Source: a virus. Taken from it: a stretch of DNA of 64,000 bases. Below the pieces are notes generated by a model. It ran no database searches. It saw only the letters and a program-made list of their open reading frames with translations, and was not told where the DNA came from. Each line of letters starts with the position of its first letter. Position 1 is the stretch's first letter. This document shows, one piece after another, positions 25,301-34,714 of the stretch. The stretch spans positions 64,001 to 128,000 of IMG/VR virus record IMGVR_UViG_3300027782_000032. One strand, given 5' to 3'. The translations under genes were made by a program, and so were the position numbers.

Positions 25301-26503
25301 CTAGTCTATCAATTCCCTTATGTACTCACCCATACCTTTGTTAGACATCTCAGTGGTTGTGAATTCAGTATAAGACATCTCCTTGTACCATTCAAGGACC
25401 TCATCTGGGCTGGCGTAATAAGGCTCTTCTATTAGAGAAAGATTAGTGTTTCTTAGAGGATAAGCAAAGCTACTAGAAGTGCAAAAACAAGGAATACCTA
25501 AGTTTATTAACTCAAATACACTAGTGCTATTGTCAATAACTGCGCAGTAAGTCTTTGGAGCTGCTTGTACTAGCGTAGGAGAACCTCTAAATACCTCTAT
25601 GCCTAGTTTTAAAAGTAAGTCAGTAAGTTTTAGGGTGCTGAAAGGGTGCGGTCTAAAAACTATCTTACGTTTGCTTACTTCTCTTATCTTTGTGTAAGAC
25701 TCTATTATAAAATCTTCAACGCTTAAATAACTATGGCTTGGGTCTCCCTCTAAGCCTCCCATGATTAAAATAAAGCCGTCTTTGTCGTTCTTCCACTTAT
25801 GATCGTATATGTTAGTTATTGGACTGTAGTCTTTAGTTTTGGCACACTGAGCTATTAGCGCATCTACCTTTTCAAGACCTCTAGGTTTGCACCACGTAGC
25901 CTTACCATATACCCAACTGTCTAAACCAATTCTTTCATACTTAGGGTTATGACCTAGGTAGTTTACTCCTGCAATCTTACATGTGCTGGCTCTAAGCCTA
26001 CTAAGTGTTCCAGTCTCAAGAACTATTAGCTTCTTGTTGTAGAACTTTGCCATGTCAGCAACTGTTGTGTTTACCATCTCCTTGACTATAGTTTTAGTGT
26101 TAAAGTTATTAGGCATGTCTGGGCTAAACACTCTATCCGGAGCTGTAGCTCCAAACGCAGTATGTATGCAATATGCGTCAGCCTTTTTTAACCAGTACAT
26201 GTCTTCAATAGTAAACAGCGTTCCAGATGCAAGTGACGACTTAATCTCTGCAAACTCTTCAGGGTCTCTAGAAGCTGACATCTCATGAGGATCGTATAGG
26301 CACGCAGGATTACATGACACTTTCTCTGCAACTATTCGAACATCTATGTTGTACTCAGACCCAAACTTCTTAAGACCTTTGTACAAACAAATAGGGCCGT
26401 GAGTGTTAGCTGTTCTATATTTTTTAAGTAAAAGAGGCGTACCTACAAACACTATAAGTTTATTGTCGTAACTTGGCACTGTTAGGCCTTTCTTTGTATT
26501 CAA
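25301..26503 (-). CDS. Capsule polysaccharide modification/export-like protein (KpsS/LipB-type GT-B fold)
   Basis: RKIVFRPHP and NSTSVFELINLGIPCF motifs. Confidence 0.6.
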   Translation of the reverse strand: MNTKKGLTVPSYDNKLIVFVGTPLLLKKYRTANTHGPICLYKGLKKFGSEYNIDVRIVAEKVSCNPACLYDPHEMSASRDPEEFAEIKSSLASGTLFTIEDMYWLKKADAYCIHTAFGATAPDRVFSPDMPNNFNTKTIVKEMVNTTVADMAKFYNKKLIVLETGTLSRLRASTCKIAGVNYLGHNPKYERIGLDSWVYGKATWCKPRGLEKVDALIAQCAKTKDYSPITNIYDHKWKNDKDGFILIMGGLEGDPSHSYLSVEDFIIESYTKIREVSKRKIVFRPHPFSTLKLTDLLLKLGIEVFRGSPTLVQAAPKTYCAVIDNSTSVFELINLGIPCFCTSSSFAYPLRNTNLSLIEEPYYASPDEVLEWYKEMSYTEFTTTEMSNKGMGEYIRELID

Positions 26504-27171
26504 CTTGGAGAAAGAATAAAGTCTCCAGCCATCTCTTTTATAAGTTTATAGCCTAGACCTTTTAAATATGAAACAGCTTCTTTCTCTCCTAGACCATAAT
26601 GCTGCGCATTGTCTGGCTTCTGCTCAACTATAATTACAGGCCTGCATTCTCTTATAGTTTTAACACCTCCCATCAAAACAAATAGTTCATAACCTTCGCA
26701 ATCAATCTTGATAAGGTCTACTTCTTTTAGCTTGAAGCTATCCAGAGTTTTTAGAGGTATGTCTCCTAAGCCTGACACTCTGCTATCTCCAGAGCTTTCA
26801 ATTGGAGTATCTATAGAAACAGACCCCTCTTTAGACCCTAGGGCGCAGGCGTGCAAAGTAACGTTGCCTCTATGCTCTAATACGTTTTTAGTAAAACAAT
26901 CCCTATGATTTTTAACAGGTTCAAAGGCGTGCACTGAGTTGAAAGAATGAGACAGGTTATAAGACCACAGACCAACGTGACCTCCAATATCTAGAGCTGT
27001 TCTAGACTTCTTACACATAGCTATTACTTCTGATTGCTTCTTACCTTGGTATGACTCTCTACCGTTAAGAGTAAGCTTGTTTTTCGGGTTGGATATCCAC
27101 TCAGTAAGATGGGTCTCGCCATCTGGAAGCCACCAATCTGATATCTTTTGCATAACTAGTACCTTGAGCAA
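26500..27171 (-). CDS. FkbM-family methyltransferase
   Basis: LDIGGHVGLWS, AFEP, LIKIDCEGYELFVLMG. Confidence 0.9.
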   Translation of the reverse strand: MLKVLVMQKISDWWLPDGETHLTEWISNPKNKLTLNGRESYQGKKQSEVIAMCKKSRTALDIGGHVGLWSYNLSHSFNSVHAFEPVKNHRDCFTKNVLEHRGNVTLHACALGSKEGSVSIDTPIESSGDSRVSGLGDIPLKTLDSFKLKEVDLIKIDCEGYELFVLMGGVKTIRECRPVIIVEQKPDNAQHYGLGEKEAVSYLKGLGYKLIKEMAGDFILSPS

Positions 27172-27248
27172 ATGGTCTACATTACTGAATTAGCATACAT
27201 GTATAGCATAAATAGAAGCTATAAGTTAAGTGCATAATCAAATTAGGG

Positions 27249-27815
27249 CTACTTTGCAAGTCCTTTGACAATACAGGCTTGATAGTTGATCTTCCACACT
27301 GGGACTTCTGGCTTGTCCTTGAGAAACTCATCTATTGCTATAGTTGCACCTTTGCAAGTTGGCCTTTCATAGTCATCTAAAACTATAATTCCATTGTCTA
27401 CCATTCTTGGATAAAAGAAGTTTAGGCAATCTACGTGGCTCTTATATATGTCTACGTCTATGTGAACTAAGGCGAACTTTTGATTTTTTATCAAGTCTAC
27501 GTGAACGCCAGGGAATACTCCCTTGTACACAAAAACGTTCTTATAGCTGGCAACGCCTGCACATATAGCTTCATAAGATGTGTCGTTGAAGTCGTTCTTT
27601 CTATGATGGTTATCAAACGCTGTATCAACATCTGGCATACCTTCGAACGTGTCGAAAAGGTATAGTGGCTTCTCCTCATTTTTATTTTTAGCTATTATCT
27701 CAGCGCTACCGCCTTTGTACACGCCTACTTCAACAAAAATACCATCTAGCTTGTTGGCTAGTTGTGTGTAGTGTTTCAATTTTTCCTTACGAGCTTCGCT
27801 AAGTAACGACTGCAT
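27249..27815 (-). CDS. TylF/MycF-family sugar O-methyltransferase
   Basis: VEVGVYKGGS, LFDTFEGMP, VHIDVDIY, IIVLDDY. Confidence 0.88.
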   Translation of the reverse strand: MQSLLSEARKEKLKHYTQLANKLDGIFVEVGVYKGGSAEIIAKNKNEEKPLYLFDTFEGMPDVDTAFDNHHRKNDFNDTSYEAICAGVASYKNVFVYKGVFPGVHVDLIKNQKFALVHIDVDIYKSHVDCLNFFYPRMVDNGIIVLDDYERPTCKGATIAIDEFLKDKPEVPVWKINYQACIVKGLAK

Positions 27816-27841
27816 ATGAATACTCCTATTATTTACAAATA

Positions 27842-28615
27842 CTAAGTATGCTTTGCAAAGCTAAGAGCTTTAATAAGCTCTATAGAAACCATTTCAGGTG
27901 AAATGGACTCCATAGCAATCTTGCAATGATTACAAGCCTTTATGCTACCACATCCTAAGTTTGAAGGTACAAATAAATGGTTATGAATATCATAACCGCT
28001 TACCATAGGTGAGGTAAATCCTCCGTAAATAACTACACCTTTAAGCCCTACGGCTGCGGCCATATGGTGCATACCGCCTTCATGGCTTACAAACGCTTTA
28101 GCTTTAGTAAGCGCAGCTGCAGCCATTCTTGGAGATGAGACTTTTATAAGCTTTACATTTGGAAGTACTTTTGTTGAATCTGGGCCTATCTGAACCCAGT
28201 TTACATTAGGAAACATCTTGATAAGAGATATGAAGTTGTTCCAGCCCCAGTTCCTATTAACGCTCTCAGCTTTGACCTTGAGGTTAGGTTCTATGACTAC
28301 AAAGCCTTCGCCTATACTATTTGCAAATTGCTTTTCATTGTCTGAGAAGAAAAGCTTAGGTGATATTGGCTTATATCTACGCCACAGCCACCTATCACTA
28401 TTAAATGATTCTATGTAACCCCTACGACCTGGGCCGTTAACTATAGACTTGGTAAACTTATCACCAAGCTTGGCTATATGTGGGTCGTTATCCCAAATCT
28501 CATGCCACCTCTGCTTTACACCTGACTTGTCTAGAATAGCAACCTTGCAGTTACCGCAGGCTTTTGACAATGCCTGAGCTTCCCCTGCAGCCATAAGCTC
28601 ATCGCCTAGTCCCAT
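27842..28615 (-). CDS. GT9-family (heptosyltransferase-like) glycosyltransferase
   Basis: MGLGDELMA; EGGMHHMAAAVGLKGVVIYG. Confidence 0.85.
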   Translation of the reverse strand: MGLGDELMAAGEAQALSKACGNCKVAILDKSGVKQRWHEIWDNDPHIAKLGDKFTKSIVNGPGRRGYIESFNSDRWLWRRYKPISPKLFFSDNEKQFANSIGEGFVVIEPNLKVKAESVNRNWGWNNFISLIKMFPNVNWVQIGPDSTKVLPNVKLIKVSSPRMAAAALTKAKAFVSHEGGMHHMAAAVGLKGVVIYGGFTSPMVSGYDIHNHLFVPSNLGCGSIKACNHCKIAMESISPEMVSIELIKALSFAKHT

Positions 28616-28678
28616 GCTTACCTCTTATTATAGTCTGGCGCACATACTAACTATAAACATAGCCATATGCAAGGCTGG

Positions 28679-29236
28679 CTACACTACTGACAGCTTACTC
28701 ACCTCATTATCCTCAGTAACTCTCTTCTTCTTACACCCTACTGGAATGTAGAACCCCAGTTGTGGAGACGTCTCCAATCCGTAGCTTCGTCGGATGGACT
28801 CTAGGTCATCGCTCTTAATAGAAATAGCCCACAGCTTTTCATACTCACCTGTTGCAGGCAGCTCAACTATAGGGCCAAGAGTGTAGTGATAAGAGTGACC
28901 GCGCTCAGTGATATGGCTAGTTCCGCCTAGCTTATCTACCTCTTCTTTGGTCATTACCTTGATAGCGCACTCAGTTCTATTGTTACGCACAACGAATTCA
29001 GCCCCTGGCTCATCTAGAGCGTCAAAGACACCTTTGATAAGCGAAGAGGGGACTGTTAGTTCTAGGTTACCGCTGGGACCTGCTTGAAGCCTGCCAGCAA
29101 GAGCGTGCACTGAAGCGTGATCCGCACTCTTGTTCATATGGCCATGCGCCTGCCCAAACGAGAACATCTCAGCGTTGAGAGCCTTGAGCCACTCAGCGCC
29201 TTTGATAAGTCCTAATGATATCGGAGGTATGGTCAT
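28679..29236 (-). CDS. Hypothetical protein
   Basis: 185 aa; ATGA-coupled to the upstream gene; contains the palindrome (LETSPQ). Confidence 0.7.
   Translation of the reverse strand: MTIPPISLGLIKGAEWLKALNAEMFSFGQAHGHMNKSADHASVHALAGRLQAGPSGNLELTVPSSLIKGVFDALDEPGAEFVVRNNRTECAIKVMTKEEVDKLGGTSHITERGHSYHYTLGPIVELPATGEYEKLWAISIKSDDLESIRRSYGLETSPQLGFYIPVGCKKKRVTEDNEVSKLSVV
28763..28776. repeat. Iterated palindrome copy 4 (in CDS)
   Basis: Read directly from the sequence. Confidence 0.95.
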
Positions 29237-30411
29237 TTAGATGTCTCCAGTATTCTACGCAGCCACAGCTGACCGGCTGGGCTGTTTAAATCGGAGGGCT
29301 TATACTTCTTTGCCAGTTCGCCTAGCTCTCTGTTGGACATACTGACCTCCGGTGAGAAATTATAGTCCCCGCCCATGTGCTTTCCGGTAACGTCTTTAAA
29401 AGCCCTGGCTGATTGTCCAAGTTCATTAAATACAGCCCCTGCCTCAATAGCAGCTGTCCTTCCTTTAGCGGCTAAAGAATCCGAAAGTTTGGAAGGGCTA
29501 AAAGGGTCTGCATAAGTATTATCGGATATCTTATTAGAGTTATTGCCTGTATTGTACCATCTTAATGCTCTAGGGCCTTTTGCATATGTACTAACCGCAT
29601 TAGTATGATTTTTTCCAAGGGCATCCTTGTCGTAATAGTCACCAATCGCATCATGTCTCGTTGACCTGTTGTTTATGGGCAGCCCTTTATGGTCTGTTGT
29701 TTGTGTATAGTATGTGCGGCCTCCCATCCCCAGATCCTGCCAACCAGCGTGAGTGTTTTCGTGTACTCTAGTGGCGTTTATGTTGTCTAGGCTTCTAGGC
29801 TCGTCAGTTGTTTTTTGAGCCCCTCCAGCATAACGAGGTCGGCCTAGATCTGGGTGAAGCCTAGGCACCAATGAGTACTGCACACTTGGACTGCCCGGGT
29901 ATGACCACTCGGCTGCATGAGGCGCTTGCCCAAGAGCATCGAACGGGTGCTTAGACCAAGCCATATGTGGTATTGGAGCGTTATCACTCATATCCGAAGC
30001 TATTTGACCCATCCTTGCATTCCACTTGTTCCATGCCCCGTCTTGACCTAGCAGTGAAGACCGACTCGGCATTGTCGGAGAGGTTTTAGGGTTTAGCTCA
30101 TTTAACTGTCCGGTAAGACTTTCGTGGAACTTAAGTCTACTTGTCCCTAACCCTCCTTCAGGTGGAGAATAGTTAGTGGATATAAAGGCGTTATATGGCT
30201 CCTCAGATTTAAGACTCCATTTGCCGTCTGGTGACTTAACAGATAAATCAGGAACCCTAGGTGTAGTAGAGGCTGAAGGAAGAGTTCCAACTCTATTATG
30301 TAGTCCTCCGTAGACGTTTTTTGGAGGGCCTACCTTAAAATCGTGGTCTTCGTTAGCAGCTCTCTTCCCCATCATGCGCCCAAACGCTGCTGCTTTTTCT
30401 AGTCTGTTCAT
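29233..30411 (-). CDS. MNRLEK-leader protein with an HExxH motif (possible zincin metallopeptidase cargo)
   Basis: N-terminal MNRLEKAAAFGRMMGK; RVHENTHAG with a later AIEAG. Confidence 0.65.
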   Translation of the reverse strand: MNRLEKAAAFGRMMGKRAANEDHDFKVGPPKNVYGGLHNRVGTLPSASTTPRVPDLSVKSPDGKWSLKSEEPYNAFISTNYSPPEGGLGTSRLKFHESLTGQLNELNPKTSPTMPSRSSLLGQDGAWNKWNARMGQIASDMSDNAPIPHMAWSKHPFDALGQAPHAAEWSYPGSPSVQYSLVPRLHPDLGRPRYAGGAQKTTDEPRSLDNINATRVHENTHAGWQDLGMGGRTYYTQTTDHKGLPINNRSTRHDAIGDYYDKDALGKNHTNAVSTYAKGPRALRWYNTGNNSNKISDNTYADPFSPSKLSDSLAAKGRTAAIEAGAVFNELGQSARAFKDVTGKHMGGDYNFSPEVSMSNRELGELAKKYKPSDLNSPAGQLWLRRILETSK

Positions 30412-31058
30412 TGGTTTGTCTCGTCTGAGTTAACCTTAAAAAGTTCGTTTAAGTCTTTTGGATTCTTTGTATCATACTCGACTGTGCCAGGCGTGCTACC
30501 ATATCTGTTTACAAGCCTGTAGTTGCTGTCATATAGTTTCTTGCCAGTATCGTACTTACGTGCCTCTATCTCTTCGTCCCAAGGCTTTCCCTTTGCTATG
30601 TTCTTTCTTTTAACTCTCTCTATCCGCTGCTTTAGTAGGTCTTGCAAAGGTGTGGTAACCAGTACTCTGTTAGGATACCTTGCAAGCTGACCTCTACCTA
30701 GCAAAGACAACTGAGTCCCCTCAACAACTGCACCGTCCTTAGCGGAATCAAGCATCTCTGTAGCCATTCCCCTAGCCGCATTTAGAAATCTTCTTCTCTC
30801 CGGAGATCCTGCTATAGTATGTCGGATGTCTGGGTCACTTTCTAACATAGGGCGCCATCTAGGATGATCATCGATAGATAATACAGGAAGCTTTAAAGCC
30901 TCTCCAAGGCTTTTAGCTACCGTAGACTTACCTGCTCCGCTATGACCGCTAACAAGAAACACTCTACGTCCTGCATCGTTTACAGAGTCCAAGCCTAGAT
31001 CAGCAGCAAGCTTCCCCATCATGCGCCCAAACGCTGCTGCTTTTTCTAGTCTGTTCAT
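30408..31058 (-). CDS. MNRLEK-leader protein with a P-loop kinase-like domain
   Basis: VSGHSGAGKST Walker A. Start moved to 31058, 2 nt after the upstream stop. Confidence 0.75.
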   Translation of the reverse strand: MNRLEKAAAFGRMMGKLAADLGLDSVNDAGRRVFLVSGHSGAGKSTVAKSLGEALKLPVLSIDDHPRWRPMLESDPDIRHTIAGSPERRRFLNAARGMATEMLDSAKDGAVVEGTQLSLLGRGQLARYPNRVLVTTPLQDLLKQRIERVKRKNIAKGKPWDEEIEARKYDTGKKLYDSNYRLVNRYGSTPGTVEYDTKNPKDLNELFKVNSDETNQ

Positions 31059-31060
31059 GA

Positions 31061-32779
31061 TTAACAGTTCCATTTACGTAGTGCTTTGTTAATTCGGCTA
31101 TCTGGATCATTTGCTGTTTCTTCAGAGGTAAGCTTAGACTTCATGCCACCCATTCGAGCGCAGAAGCTGTCTTTACGAGCTCCGCCTTCTGGCTGAGGTC
31201 TTTTTATGTCCTGACCCTTAGCTTTTAAGCTAGCCCTTCCTTTCTCGTTTAGGCCTCCGTCTGGGTTCTTGCCTTCTGAAGTCTGCCAAGCTTCTGAGGC
31301 CTTCTTCTCTGATTCTTTCTTCTTCTTACCTACAGGACGGCAAGAGCCTTCAGTTAACGCCGCTGTGCCAGGTACACGCTCGTAGCCTGTCCAGCACGCC
31401 GCAGACTTTAGAGTGTCTGCTGCTTTTTTGGCAGTCATAGGAGTGGTCGGCGCAGCCTTAATCTGAGACGAGAATGCGGGGTACACAGAGTCTTCAAATA
31501 CGTCCTCATTTCCGATAGGGCTGTCGCCTTCTTGTTTGTACCTATCTGGATACCACTTTGGTAGTAAGTGTGAGGCAAGCATAGCCCTACCCATTGCCGT
31601 GGACGTAAGCTCGCTTTCTTCGTTCTCTGCCATATCTTTCATTACAGAAAACAAATGATCATAGTCTTTTTCTGGTGATGAGAATAACCTAGTTAAAAGC
31701 CTAGGCTCCATCGTTCTCTCGGCATCTAGCCTCATCTCAGTGACGCCGTTGTGAGGACCCCATTGAGACTTAATACCTACAGGCTGATCTAGTTTCTTCC
31801 AGAATATGCCTGCCTGCTTACCCATGGCCGAACCAAACTCTGCTGCTTTTTCTAATTTATTCGTATCAATCGCTCCTGTGTTAGGTTTAATGTTTTGAGG
31901 TTCATCGTTACCGTACTCTTCGTCAAATTCTTTTTGAAGCTTAGCTGCCTGTACAGCTCCATACGCTCTGCCAGCAATAATACCAGCAAGAGGATTAGCT
32001 GCTAGAGCTCCTACATAAGATCCGTAGCCTGCAGGTAACACTCTAGTTCTCTCAATAGCATTCTGCTTATACTCTTTAGAATCTGCTCCTAAAGCTTTTT
32101 TTAAAGCATCGTCGCTTAAACTGTTGGCTCTTGCTTCATGAACAAGGTTAGCCCCAGGAACCATAAAATAGGATGCATGATAAAGGTCGCCGGCTAAGCC
32201 TTTTAAAGGCTTAGAAGCTATATTGCCTTTGCCAGGTTTTATACCATACAGGCCGTTAAAGTCTAGTGCGTGACCTAATTCGTGCTGTGTCACTGCAGGC
32301 TCGTGCATGTATTCGCCTATAGTGTCTGACATCCTATTATAGTGGGATGCTCTTAAAAGAGGAGTAATAGCATTAGTAACAAGGGTCTGAGGCATACCTA
32401 TCAAGCGCATAGGAAGCGAAACCTTTTGGTTATGTAATACTCTTCCTCCTAACCGTCTGTACCAAGGTAAGTTGTCTCCCCTGTCTTTTTTCCATATAAT
32501 ATCGTCTATTGTGTTTGTACCGCCTAGCCTCAATACAGTGTCTTTAAGGGCTTCTCTATTATCGTCAGAAGAATTAGCTATTAGCTCTGCATCGTGTTTG
32601 TGCTCTTCAAACCTATCTGGAAGATACTTATGAAACAATGACCTAGACGGGTCTTTAAGGGCGTTACCAGTTAACATTAGATTTTGAAAGCCGCCTATAC
32701 GTCCTAGCGTGCTGGCAGCTATTCTTGATATTGGGCCACCTTCTTCAACATGTATTGAAGTTTTTTCTAATCTGTTCAT
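31061..32779 (-). CDS. MNRLEK-leader multidomain protein: HExxH metallopeptidase-like domain, internal second leader, C-terminal CWxGY and GGLNxKG...SFCARM...RKWNC modules (DUF6321-like from recall)
   Basis: QHELGHALD; internal NKLEKAAEFGSAMGKQA; C-terminal SRINKALRKWNC. Confidence 0.72.
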   Translation of the reverse strand: MNRLEKTSIHVEEGGPISRIAASTLGRIGGFQNLMLTGNALKDPSRSLFHKYLPDRFEEHKHDAELIANSSDDNREALKDTVLRLGGTNTIDDIIWKKDRGDNLPWYRRLGGRVLHNQKVSLPMRLIGMPQTLVTNAITPLLRASHYNRMSDTIGEYMHEPAVTQHELGHALDFNGLYGIKPGKGNIASKPLKGLAGDLYHASYFMVPGANLVHEARANSLSDDALKKALGADSKEYKQNAIERTRVLPAGYGSYVGALAANPLAGIIAGRAYGAVQAAKLQKEFDEEYGNDEPQNIKPNTGAIDTNKLEKAAEFGSAMGKQAGIFWKKLDQPVGIKSQWGPHNGVTEMRLDAERTMEPRLLTRLFSSPEKDYDHLFSVMKDMAENEESELTSTAMGRAMLASHLLPKWYPDRYKQEGDSPIGNEDVFEDSVYPAFSSQIKAAPTTPMTAKKAADTLKSAACWTGYERVPGTAALTEGSCRPVGKKKKESEKKASEAWQTSEGKNPDGGLNEKGRASLKAKGQDIKRPQPEGGARKDSFCARMGGMKSKLTSEETANDPDSRINKALRKWNC

Positions 32780-32796
32780 GGCGCTCCTCTGTAGGT

Positions 32797-33399
32797 TTAC
32801 TTATTAGACCTCAAACCTAAGTATTTAGCAGCGGTTTCGCCTGCACTACTTAAATCATTAAGAAGGTTATTGCCTCCTGCTCCACTACCTGTACCTGTAA
32901 GGTATCCAACACCCTCGTTAACAGCTTCATTCATTTTTTTAGTGTTTAGTAAGCCGCCAGTGTAAGGTACTTCCCCTAGCATGACGTTGCTTCCTATAAG
33001 ATCTTTTTGTGACTTCTCAGTAGCGTCTGGTGATGTGTTATTTACAGCGTGCATGCGATCTTTGTGCAACTGCTTTAACATCGTAAGTGGGTTATACATT
33101 TGATAAGCGGCTGTACCTGCACCTCCTAACATACCAGCGCCTGCACCAAGAAGACCGCCTCTTGTAGCCCCGTACAAAGCTCTGCTAAGTGCGCCCCGTC
33201 TAGGTTTGCCTGAACCGTCCTCATCTTCTTCGTTACCTACCATTCCGGTTAAGCCTGCAAGGCCGCCCAAGGCTGCACCTCCAAGTCCGCCTAAACCGCC
33301 AAAGCCAGCAGCATTAGTTAGAACTCCGTTGTATCCTTCGCCGGCTGCAGCTTTGCCCATCATTGCTCCGAAAGCTGCTGCTTTTTCTAATCTGTTCAT
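32797..33399 (-). CDS. MNRLEK-leader protein with Gly-rich hydrophobic segments
   Basis: MNRLEKAAAFGAMMGKAAA; AGGAG RBS. Confidence 0.75.
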   Translation of the reverse strand: MNRLEKAAAFGAMMGKAAAGEGYNGVLTNAAGFGGLGGLGGAALGGLAGLTGMVGNEEDEDGSGKPRRGALSRALYGATRGGLLGAGAGMLGGAGTAAYQMYNPLTMLKQLHKDRMHAVNNTSPDATEKSQKDLIGSNVMLGEVPYTGGLLNTKKMNEAVNEGVGYLTGTGSGAGGNNLLNDLSSAGETAAKYLGLRSNK

Positions 33400-33426
33400 A
33401 TCAATCGCTCCTGTGTTACGGCTTAA

Positions 33427-33849
33427 TTAGGCCGCGTCTTGGTTAGAAAGTATACTAAGTCCACCGTTGTCTAATCTACGCCTTAAAGATCTAAGCTCAT
33501 CCTCTAGTTGAATGACCTTAATTCTCAATTCGTCGTTCTCTTTACGGCAGTTACGTCTGTCGTTGTAGAGTTCTTCTATGTCCTTCTTAAGGTTCTTCAT
33601 CTCTTCCCTTAGAAAACTCTGCATGTCTTTAGATGACTCTACTATAAGCCTGTATTCGCTGAACAACGTATCATTCTCATGGTGCTCTAAGCGCTGCTTT
33701 TTTAAGATGATCTCTTTGGTCTTTATGTCAGCTTCTTTTGCAGCCTTTAGCCTACTGACGTAGATAAAGGAAATGGCTCCCGCAAGGGAGCCAGCGGCAC
33801 CAAATAGAATGCTTATCGCTGAGAGTATGATGTCTAGCTTAAAGTCCAT
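33427..33849 (-). CDS. Membrane-anchored coiled-coil protein (holin-like topology possible)
   Basis: One N-terminal TM helix followed by a heptad-rich charged region. Confidence 0.6.
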   Translation of the reverse strand: MDFKLDIILSAISILFGAAGSLAGAISFIYVSRLKAAKEADIKTKEIILKKQRLEHHENDTLFSEYRLIVESSKDMQSFLREEMKNLKKDIEELYNDRRNCRKENDELRIKVIQLEDELRSLRRRLDNGGLSILSNQDAA

Positions 33850-33878
33850 GACGGTTACATCCTTGTAAGTAATTAAGA

Positions 33879-34325
33879 CTAATACTTTCTAGGTTGAACG
33901 TTCTTTACGTCATTAAACTCGTCTGGTCCGCCGTAGTTTACTTTAGGATTGTTTCTACCTGCGTAGTCTTGTATTAGGCCGGGTACTGCTCTAGACATGC
34001 CTGGAATGTCTTTCTTAAATGAAGCAGCAGCTCCCATAAGATGTGGAGTAGCAGCCATAAGACCACTAGGTATACCACTACCTCTAGCAACATTGTTTAC
34101 CAGCTTACTAGCGGCAAGGCCTCCCTGAGCTATACCTTGCTGCCTGCGTACTTGGTCTTGGGTGTACTCTGATGGTATACCCATCGCTCCAGCGAATGGA
34201 GTTAAAGGGCCCTTACGATACTTGTCAGCAGCTGGAACTGCCTGAGTAGGATCTGCAGCCTTCTTAAAGAACACCCTATGAAGATTAGCCAACTTGTTGA
34301 AACTGCTCATAGTCTTTACATCCAT
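33879..34325 (-). CDS. Hypothetical protein with a leader-like N-terminus (FNKLA...FKKAAD)
   Basis: 148-aa ORF. Confidence 0.6.
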   Translation of the reverse strand: MDVKTMSSFNKLANLHRVFFKKAADPTQAVPAADKYRKGPLTPFAGAMGIPSEYTQDQVRRQQGIAQGGLAASKLVNNVARGSGIPSGLMAATPHLMGAAASFKKDIPGMSRAVPGLIQDYAGRNNPKVNYGGPDEFNDVKNVQPRKY

Positions 34326-34714
34326 GTAAGAGAAAGTTATAAAGTCCAGTTTAAAGCCTCTCCAGATCCCCTGCCCTGGAGTCCTAGCTAAGCGTTAGCT
34401 CAGCAGCAAGCCAGTAAATTGAGCGTTATACTGCCCGCCCCTCCTGCCATACCTGATCGGCTTTCGCCATGGTATGGGTTCCTAGTTCCGTAGAGCAAGC
34501 TTCCATGCATTAGTCTATCAGTACCTAACCAGTTGACGCCCTCAACTAAGCTCTAAGCTGGACGTCATATTATGCCAAAAGACTTTTGTATAGTCTACAA
34601 TGAAGATTATTAATTTAAAAAGCTTAGTAAGTATAGAGCCTATTTAATCTTGTGGTTTATCTATAAAACTAAAATAATAAGCTAATAAGTTTACATCAAC
34701 CACTGGGACTGACA

